Part shown: positions 9,001-14,382 of the stretch, in pieces | Position numbering within the stretch: the stretch's first letter is position 1 | Layout: every line of letters begins with the position of its first letter | From: Armatimonadota bacterium | Lineage (GTDB): Bacteria; Armatimonadota; Hebobacteria; CAIYQO01 | DNA length: 36,521 nucleotides | Direction: 5' to 3' | Assembly: GCA_036504255.1 (NCBI GenBank) | Contig: DASXVL010000769.1 | Coordinates: forward strand, 1 to 36,521 | Notes under the pieces: generated by a model | What the model was told of the DNA's origin: nothing | Database searches by the model: none | Seen by the model: the letters and a program-made list of their open reading frames with translations, nothing else | Position numbers and translations under genes: made by a program

Positions 9001-9853
9001 GCCCGAGTTGCAGCAAGGGGACGTAGACTTTGGCGGCCAGTTGCACCGGCAGTTGCAGGTCGGGACGGGTGGCGGCGCTGGCCAGGCGCTCGACCACCGG
9101 GAGCGCTTCACTGAGAAACCGTGTGGTGTTGACACGCTCCAGCCCGGTCAGGTAGACGCCCAGATCGGTGTCTTGCAAGCCGTTGGGATTATGCTGCTGC
9201 GCAATGAGGGCTTGCACACGAGTCGAGATGGCCTTGGCCTCGTCATACTTGCCCGCGGTGAGCAACACGGGGTAGAGCCGGCCCGCGACGGTGATGCGCC
9301 AGCGCAGGTCATCGAGCGGCACGGGGGTACCGGTGGCGGTGATAATGGCTGTCGCCTCGCTGATAAACTTGGCGGGGTCGCTCTTCTCATAATAATTCAA
9401 GCGCAGCAGTTGCACGCGCGGCGTCGAGTTCGGCGGCAGCAGGTCACGTGTGGTCACCGCGTCGAGCATGGCGAACGCTTTGTCCGGCATGGTGGGGGCA
9501 GTCAGCACAAAATAGGCCTCCGCCGCCTGCCAGAGGGTATCGGATTTCGGCCAGCGTTGACAGATGAGCGTCCACAGCGGTTCCCCGTCCGTCCGCCGCC
9601 CCAGCGCCAGATAACATTTAAAGAGCAGTACGGTGGCTTCCGGCTGGTATTTACTGGCAGGAAACTGTTGGCGGAAGGTCTCCAACACCGGCACGGCATC
9701 GCCATACAGTTGTTGTTGCACGGCGACGCGGGCGCGGCCGATGAGCATTTCATCCGGCGAGGGTTGCGCGCACACGGGGAGCGTGGTCCAGCAGAGAAGC
9801 AGGCACAGGCCCCACAAGCAGAATGTACGGAGAGACAGCGCACACGGCGTCAT
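3005..9853 (-). CDS. Giant secreted helical-repeat (TPR-like) protein, about 2282 aa
   Basis: ORF track 3005..10180. The first 109 codons of that ORF run through the repeated non-coding element and are rejected. ATG at 9853 has AAAGGA about 7 nt upstream and gives signal peptide MTPCALSLRTFCLWGLCLLLCWTTLPVCA. The N- and C-terminal regions look like ordinary TPRs. The centre is about 22 tandem 85-86-aa modules. Confidence 0.85.
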   Translation of the reverse strand: MTPCALSLRTFCLWGLCLLLCWTTLPVCAQPSPDEMLIGRARVAVQQQLYGDAVPVLETFRQQFPASKYQPEATVLLFKCYLALGRRTDGEPLWTLICQRWPKSDTLWQAAEAYFVLTAPTMPDKAFAMLDAVTTRDLLPPNSTPRVQLLRLNYYEKSDPAKFISEATAIITATGTPVPLDDLRWRITVAGRLYPVLLTAGKYDEAKAISTRVQALIAQQHNPNGLQDTDLGVYLTGLERVNTTRFLSEALPVVERLASAATRPDLQLPVQLAAKVYVPLLQLGRGGEAQRAHETVLKRCAELSITDWPVTDTAAYLRGRLTTLEATQPELFLTEALQLIRATSTTTNLEDLRVPTEITARVYPRLFTLGRATDATQAHEALQQAYARLNNPNNWAWTETNVYARARLPYLESTQPDTMVREVTASLAAARTVPELQLAYDFLARAYIRLTLNGQFEAAKTLHESFQTTCGTFQNPNNWQAGETFTYRVAVFGGWEKLQPQQCVTAGRALLAAVPDAKTWPELQLTTTLAPRIYLALCAAGSLEDAQRGHEALQRLLPTVGQAEQAKVEQLGYLTARLGYCERTSLPQFLTEALPFLTGGVRPGVPNEAAFLTDLARRVYGPLVTLGRGSEITAVHEQLQALLAKSGTPEQQQADTLNYQLAQVNALEKPQPQLFLTQGRAVLVAAKTAKTPTELQQALALAPRVYLALCQNGQLDDALALHDGLQATLKTLNQPDQSRVEAQGYLTARLAYWERVDPTRFVTEALPQLALETRTVAPGELPFVLDLARRVYGPLYSVNRADDATRLHVALQPLLAKWGTLEQRQGEQAQFINARFAVLEKQQPVQFLTQASAFVSALTGASAVVDLQVGAGLTPRLYPPLITAGKLAEAQRVHEALITALRAANLPDLAQKDEQSYQTLRLSVLEKSDPAQFVTVAQTLMTFDKPQTATELIGLQDLARRMYVPLFAAGRQADAKAVHERLKTALLQAKLPDAVQADEFQYQTLALALLEKTQPAQFAAAGRALVAGVTATSPAADLRVAASLTPRLYPTLVAAGQLAEAQRLHDGLLVALRAANLPDLAQQEELRYQPLRLATLEKSDPAQFLTEAQAQLTLDHPVTATEALVLQDLARRSYTPLLNAGRLADAKALHARLKTALQQANLPETVQADEVQYQTAYLATLEKTQSTQFLSEAKVVLAAAKTAQAWPEAQVAAGLAPRVYPALYAAGQGGDVDTVHAGLQAALKAMSQPEQARLEALAYLTARLGSLERTDPATFLTEALAQFTATRAVTTGDLPFLVDLARRSYGPLYTAGRGAEAKTAHEQLAAWMGKLGTADQQLLEKTLYLGARLAYLEKTQPPLFQTEALAHLTVGGRQLMLSEVPFLLDLARRTYGPLTVAGRADELKPVHEQLQAALAKMATADQVQAEAFLYRAAQLNALEKLQPALFLTQASALVSALTGASPLIELQFGASVTPRLYPALITAGKLAEAQRVHEALSTALRAANLSDLAQKDDQVYQPLRLAALEKSDPTQFLTEAHTLVTLDHPVTAAEAPGLQDLARRMYSPLLSTGRPADAKALHEKLKTALLQAKLPEAAQADDIQYQTVSLANLEKSQPAQFLREATQIMTTAKTARVWSEAQVAVSLAPRVYPALFAAGQGADAEAAHAGLQSALTTMNQPEQARLEAQAYLTARLGNLERTAPAQFLTEAQGVLAAAKTAQSWPEAQLAAGLAPRVYLALYASGQGAAADTLHAGLRSALTTMNQAEPARVEGLAYLTVRLGSLERTDVPAFLTEALAQFAPARPVTPGDLLFLLDLGRRAYGPLYIAGRGAEAKTAHEQLAAWVAKFGTPDQQVAEKIQYYTARLAALEKTLPAQFQSETLALLTVGGRQLTVAEVPFLLDIARRTYGPLAAAGHLEDVQATHAQLQTALAKVATPEQLQAENTAYRAAQLGAIEKTQPSQFLTDGMAVIRTLQQAKNPNDVPLALSLAPRIYQALSLAGQQDTVTSLHTGLNATLVAMGQPDQALNEQGTYLAVFYGAVNRMLLAPNLTAEQVATLKRQCEESWTATPLLAADRVLPLVRDRLVNATVAADWYPAYARFVTQLPVDQLSRSTLLYLQAQWAQRLALTARVRGENGTALEAQAEHAWLDLIATYPSDARIPTVLASLVTMYQSAGRTKDVEAILTKIGQRQPSPETLAWLADSAFQLGTASGYQQAGTWYAQLLASQPTHALCPVWQYKVARCHEQAAHLPEALAAYQKVIDSYPDSSAVVAALRKIDQLKGGK
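3734..9364 (-). repeat. Coding tandem array of about 22 modules of 85-86 aa (about 256 nt period)
   Basis: Recurrent pattern F-LTEA...LQ..LA(P/R)R.Y..L..AG....A...H..L...L.......Q...E...Y...RL..LEK..P..F. Thirteen modules (about 3974-7312) fall into five subtypes arranged a-b-a-b-c-d-e / a-b-c-c-d-e. The DNA is visibly near-identical between 5349-5560 and 7145-7350. Confidence 0.8.
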
Positions 9854-9892
9854 GATGATTCCTTTCCACGGGCATCGGTCAGGTCGGTTTAC

Positions 9893-10263
9893 AGTCATGG
9901 ACCTCCGGCAGAGCCGGAGGCTTGATGTTGTGTATCGCGCAAAGCGGTGTACTGTTACTTGGCGATGCGCCTCGTCAGTGATCCCATCCAGGCTAGTGTT
10001 TCCGGCCGGGGATAGCCGGGCTATGGCCCTGTTCCAGACAGTGCTAAGGACTTTAAGTTGGGCTGGTGTCAACAGCACTGTCTGGAACAGGGCCCAAGCC
10101 CGGCTATCCCCGTGTGCTTTGATAGGGCAACCACGCACGAAGGCATTCCGCTGCTTTCCGTGTGTGAACGATGACAGCACACGCAGAGCGCCGCATGATC
10201 AGTCCCGGAACTGTCACACGCTGGGAGTATCCCCGGCAGAGCCGGGGGTTTACCCTGGATTAA
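9893..10263 (+). ncRNA. Candidate structured RNA / dispersed repeat, copy A (371 nt, unrecognised family)
   Basis: Aligns by hand to 29016-29302 with unrelated flanks. Hairpins:
- 9902-9920, CCTCCGG-CAGAG-CCGGAGG.
- 9930-9952, with loop GCAAA.
- 10008-10111, a long helix.
- 10159-10183.
- 10203-10226.
- 10231-10247, CCCCGG-CAGAG-CCGGGG.
Several G-U pairs exist only if the plus strand is the RNA. Confidence 0.45.
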
Positions 10264-10272
10264 TAATAATAG

Positions 10273-13200
10273 TTAGCGTTGTGCTTCCCTGGGCACCCAG
10301 GCGGCGTTGTCAAAGCGCAGCGTCGTGCCACCGGGGTTCAGGCCCAGCCCATAGGCGCGCAGGGCCGCCTCGGTGGTCCATTCGGCGATGACCAGTTCCT
10401 CGACCGCGAGGATCGTGGGCGTCGCGCCGGTCGTCTGCGCCACCGCGCGGGCGAGCAGGCCGCCGACATCCGCGTCGAGGGTCTGCCAGTGGCCATCGGC
10501 GACGACGGGCAGCGCCCCGGCCGGGGTCACGCCGGGATCGGACGTCTTCGGCGCGGTCAGCATGATCTCATACCAGTGCCCCTGCACCCGCGCGTAGAGA
10601 TTGACCTGCGCCCCGGCATCGAAGGCATACTCCAGATGGCAGTAGGGCGTGGCCAGCAGATCACGCGGCGGCGGTAGCGAGACCGCACAATCACCCGCCG
10701 GGTAGCTATTGGTGACGGCGAGATACGTCTTGGCCTGCCCCGGCGCCGTCGTGCGCACACGCTGCAGGCGGCCGGTGAATCCGCTGCGGCCTGTCCAGCC
10801 GTCAAAGCCACGTTCGAACGAGGCGGGGGTGACGGTGCGCCCCGCCACGGTAATCGGCAGGATTGGCAGCGGGGATAACTCCGGCGCGGGAGCCAGGGGC
10901 AGCGCCGCCTGCGGCGACCCCGGCGTCATCCGCTCGGCCGACAGGTTGACGCGCCCGAGCATGATGCCATTATTCAGCGACCAGAGGCCGACATAGCCGC
11001 CCGGCAACGGGTCGGGATCGACGTAGGTAAAGGCCAGGCTGTTATCCAGATAGACGCGCAGCGCCGCGCCGCGTTTTTCCAGGCGGGTGGCGAACCATTG
11101 CCGGTGGCCCGCGTTGCCGGTCGGCAGCAGGTGTTCCAACGCGGTACTCGTCTGCACGACCACGCCGTTGCGCAGCAGCATAGTGGTGCGCTGCCCGTCG
11201 CGCAGCCCGGCGCGAATGACGGTGTAGCCGCGGTTCAGGTGCGCGCCGTCCGAACAGATCGTCACGTTAAAATCGCGAAAACGTTGCGCCTCGCCTTCCG
11301 TCATATTGTCATACTGCATCTTCACGCCCAGGTAGGCTTCCACCGTCTGGTCGCCATCCAGGCGCAGTTTGCTCCACACGGTGGGCGTGCCCGCGCCGAA
11401 ACCGCCGTACCAGTTCCACTTCGGCTGGCAGGAGTAGCGCGCCATCACTTTCCACACCCCGCTCTGCGTGAGCCACCCCACCGGCGCGGTCTCAAAGGTC
11501 TCTTGCCGCCGGCTTGAGGCGATTTGCACGTAGGCGGCGGGTAGGCGCGCGTCGGTGACGGTGAAGCCGATGTGCGGCGTCTGCAGCGGTTGCGGGTCGC
11601 GGTAGACCAGCACGCGTGTCTCGGCAAGCACCTCCGGTTCCCCGACGCAATCGGCGGGATCGAGGGCTTGCGCGCGCACGATCAGATACGCGCCCAGGCG
11701 CTCAATGCGCAGCAGCGAGTGCTCGGTGACGGGAAAGGCGTAGCTGCCGAGCAATGCCTGCCGTCGCCAGCACTGGAGGCGGCCCCCCACCCCGTCCCGC
11801 TCAATGCGCAGGCGATAGCCGGAGGCGAGGTCATCATCGCTCGCCAGGATAAGCGTTTGCCCGGCGAGCAGTGTCGGGGTGATGGGTAGCGTGATGCGCA
11901 CGTCCCCGTAGTGCCCGCCTTTATGCCAATACAGTCCCGGCGTACTGGTCGGATAGGGGGCGGCGGGGCCAATGACGTCATGCGCGGTGCCCAGCGGGGT
12001 AATCGCCGCGGGCGGGGTGAACGCCGGGGTCCAGTCCGATTCGGCGCTCGCCCAGGTGAGCAGCCATTTATCGCGATTGAAGCCCGCGTGTACCTGCCAG
12101 GCCTGCCAGCGCTCCGGCAGTGGCGTCACGCGGAAGCGTTGCACCTGCACGCCGGGGGTCAGCGCCTGGACCCCGGCGCGGTCCACCTGCAGCGCCGGAT
12201 CATACACGTGCAGCGTGCGCGCGCCGTTCGCCAGACAGACCAGGTAGGGCCCATCGCGCTCCACGCGGAGATCGACCCACTGTCCGGTCGGGAGGCCGTG
12301 CGCGTCCCGGTCCACCGGCGTATCCTCGCGCGCCGACGTGCTGGGCGCCAGCGTCTGGGCCGTGGCGGAAAGCGTCCAACTGTAACCCGTGCCCTGGCCC
12401 GTCGGCTGCAGCAGCAGGCGCGCCCGCCCATTCGCCGGCAGCCAGAGACGCGTCGACACCGCTTGCCGTTCGCCCGGCAGCACGGGGGTGAGCCAGCTCC
12501 CCGCCGTCACGGCGGTGAGCGTGTCGTCCGGGGTGGCGGTCCAGGTCCCCGTCTTCGTCGTTTGAAAGGGGGAGGTGCTCAGCCCGTCCACTGTCTCCCA
12601 CGGCTCCACGCGCACGTCATCGAAGAGGATATAGCTCGTGGTGCGCATGGCGTCGGCGGCGTCGTTCGTCACCTGGCCGGTCTTGACATCTCTAAAGAGG
12701 AACATGGAGGCGGTGACGTCGTCCAGCGTCGGGCGCTGCGGATGCACGGCCCCCAGCGCGTAGAGGCCGATGCGCCCTTCAACCGAGCCGGGATTGGGCA
12801 CGTCGCAGAGCAGCACGCCATCGACGAGCACTTGCACGCGCTGCCAGCTCAGGTTGAGGCGCAGGGTATACCACTGCTCCGGGTCAAAGCCGCCCGCGTG
12901 GGTGGCGAGCACGCGCGCCTGGCCTGCCACTATGGCGACGAGTTCGGCGCGTGGGGTGGCGGCGGTACGCGGCGTCCAGCGGAAGAGCAGGTAGTTCTTT
13001 GTATCCTGGTAGGCGGCGAGCAGGCCGACTTCGCTCTCGTAATCCGGGCGCACGGCCGCCTGCACAGCGTAACGATCCCAAAAGGCGGGCACCAGCGAAT
13101 CGTTGGCCACCACCCAGGAGGGCCCGACCCCGGTGTAGAGGTACCAAAAGCCGTTGGTCGTGGTCTCCGCGCTGGGGAAGCAGCTCAACTGCCAGGGATT

Positions 13201-13830
13201 GACCAACCGTGCGCCGGTATGCGGATCGGTCGGCTGCTGGCCGGGGTTGTCGCGCTGCTGATAGGACGCCACCTGCCAGACATCGTCGTCCACCCATTCA
13301 CCACGAAAGGAAGCGAGGAAACGGTCGATGCCTTCCGGACGCATAAAATCATCGCCAAAGACGCCGGGCGCCACGCGGCGATAGCGCGCCTCGCGCAGGC
13401 GCACCCCCACCGGCACTGCGGTAAACGCCACCGTCCCCTGACTCGCCGCGGGCAGCGGCGCGGTGAAGCACAAGCGGTGATTCAGCAACACCGCCACCGT
13501 CCCCACCCGACGCTTCAGCGTGAGGGTCGAAGGCGTCCCCGCCATCCCCGTCCACGCCACCCGCCGCAGCACCGTCGCCACACCGCCGTCCACCCGACTC
13601 CACACCAGCGCCTCCCGCCCCACCGAGAGCGTCGCCCGCCCCTCCACCGCCAACACGCACACCGCCCCCGGCGGCACGCTCCCCGACACCTGCCAGGTGA
13701 TGTCATAGGCCGGGTCCAATGCGGCAGGCAGATCGGTGATCGCTGGCACAGGCGTCGCTGCCTGCACGAGGACCGTGAGGCCGAGCAGCAGCGTGATCGC
13801 CAGGAAAAGACTGTCAAAAGTTCGGTGCAT
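10273..13830 (-). CDS. Large secreted protein with several concanavalin/LamG-like (DUF1080-like) jelly-roll domains
   Basis: ORF track 10273..13995. ATG at 13830 gives MHRTFDSLFLAITLLLGLTVLVQA/ATP, the most canonical signal peptide. In-frame ATGs at 13875, 13980 and 13995 are alternatives. Recurrent ...W..L.L......V.VDG......P.....G.IGLYA... blocks are typical of lectin-like beta-sandwiches. Confidence 0.75.
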   Translation of the reverse strand: MHRTFDSLFLAITLLLGLTVLVQAATPVPAITDLPAALDPAYDITWQVSGSVPPGAVCVLAVEGRATLSVGREALVWSRVDGGVATVLRRVAWTGMAGTPSTLTLKRRVGTVAVLLNHRLCFTAPLPAASQGTVAFTAVPVGVRLREARYRRVAPGVFGDDFMRPEGIDRFLASFRGEWVDDDVWQVASYQQRDNPGQQPTDPHTGARLVNPWQLSCFPSAETTTNGFWYLYTGVGPSWVVANDSLVPAFWDRYAVQAAVRPDYESEVGLLAAYQDTKNYLLFRWTPRTAATPRAELVAIVAGQARVLATHAGGFDPEQWYTLRLNLSWQRVQVLVDGVLLCDVPNPGSVEGRIGLYALGAVHPQRPTLDDVTASMFLFRDVKTGQVTNDAADAMRTTSYILFDDVRVEPWETVDGLSTSPFQTTKTGTWTATPDDTLTAVTAGSWLTPVLPGERQAVSTRLWLPANGRARLLLQPTGQGTGYSWTLSATAQTLAPSTSAREDTPVDRDAHGLPTGQWVDLRVERDGPYLVCLANGARTLHVYDPALQVDRAGVQALTPGVQVQRFRVTPLPERWQAWQVHAGFNRDKWLLTWASAESDWTPAFTPPAAITPLGTAHDVIGPAAPYPTSTPGLYWHKGGHYGDVRITLPITPTLLAGQTLILASDDDLASGYRLRIERDGVGGRLQCWRRQALLGSYAFPVTEHSLLRIERLGAYLIVRAQALDPADCVGEPEVLAETRVLVYRDPQPLQTPHIGFTVTDARLPAAYVQIASSRRQETFETAPVGWLTQSGVWKVMARYSCQPKWNWYGGFGAGTPTVWSKLRLDGDQTVEAYLGVKMQYDNMTEGEAQRFRDFNVTICSDGAHLNRGYTVIRAGLRDGQRTTMLLRNGVVVQTSTALEHLLPTGNAGHRQWFATRLEKRGAALRVYLDNSLAFTYVDPDPLPGGYVGLWSLNNGIMLGRVNLSAERMTPGSPQAALPLAPAPELSPLPILPITVAGRTVTPASFERGFDGWTGRSGFTGRLQRVRTTAPGQAKTYLAVTNSYPAGDCAVSLPPPRDLLATPYCHLEYAFDAGAQVNLYARVQGHWYEIMLTAPKTSDPGVTPAGALPVVADGHWQTLDADVGGLLARAVAQTTGATPTILAVEELVIAEWTTEAALRAYGLGLNPGGTTLRFDNAAWVPREAQR

Positions 13831-13892
13831 AAAGGTGCGATGATTCTTTCTGTTAAGCGTTCCGTCGCAAGTCATGGCAGACAGACTTTTGT

Positions 13893-13901
13893 ATTGTACC
13901 A
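13893..13901 (-). promoter_or_regulatory. Possible extended -10 element (TGgTACAAT) upstream of the jelly-roll protein gene
   Basis: Minus strand reads TGGTACAAT at 13901-13893. No good -35 is present. Weak call based on sequence only. Confidence 0.25.
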
Positions 13902-14382
13902 AAATGTCCAAACAGAAGATAACCCTGGCAGATCCCCCGAACACACCGGCAGTGCAGGTTGGGACAGCGCTCTTGGTCATGTTGCAGGCCGCCATCGCGC
14001 ACGTTCGCCCGACGTTCGGTTGACATCTCTGTCACTTCAGCACGATATGCGTGCTAGCGCATGGCAGGCATAGTGCTCCCTTGTGCAATGAGATGATTTT
14101 ATGAGGAACTTCAGCCCGGGCGAGTCTGCCCTGAGCACCCTCATCATGGGCGCGTGATGGCGTACAGATGATGGCTTGCGCCACCGGCCTCACGATGCAC
14201 AATTTTGGTATCATGCCGTATCCAGATGATTAGCGTACGAATATCAGTTATCACATTCGAGCCGACGAATCCTGTTTGCCACTAGATCCGTATCTCGACG
14301 ACAACACCGTTAATATATCCTATCGACTATCTTGGTCAATGTAATTATCAAATAATGATGACATACCACCATAGTGTCGTCA

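Noticed and set aside
3734-9364. A regular repeat of about 256 nt that could superficially suggest a CRISPR or satellite array.
   Set aside because: The repeats are contiguous with no unique spacers. They are in frame and translate into a continuous helical-repeat protein.
9854-10180. N-terminal 109-codon extension of the giant ORF (MLSSFTHGKQRNAF...) and the matching 126-aa minus-strand ORF over copy B (28839-29219, MQSSFTHGKQRNAL...). Both stay open across the repeated element, and the 84-nt length difference is a multiple of three.
   Set aside because: About 17 of 67 aligned codons differ at the amino-acid level, against roughly 26 nucleotide differences, so most changes are non-synonymous. 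The sequence is Arg/Cys/His-rich and unlike a protein. One copy starts with GTG and the other with ATG, and neither has a ribosome-binding site. The giant protein has a proper RBS and signal peptide at 9853. The frame-preserving indel has a one-in-three chance expectation.
14010-14038. Plus-strand TTGACA followed 17 nt later by CGATAT.
   Set aside because: The -10 is poor, and there is no plus-strand gene downstream because the next gene is on the minus strand.
11911-14073. 720-aa plus-strand ORF opposite the jelly-roll protein gene. Similar antisense ORFs occur at 18258-19406, 31417-32724, 24867-25634, 27402-28175 and 1690-2310.
   Set aside because: All lie antisense to, or out of frame with, genes that have recognisable domains, signal peptides and RBSs. 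Their products are Arg/Pro/Gly-rich, as is typical of GC-rich shadow frames.
14250-14275. TTCGAGCC...CGAATCC strings resembling a tRNA T-arm.
   Set aside because: No flanking 5-bp T-stem, acceptor stem or anticodon arm can be drawn.
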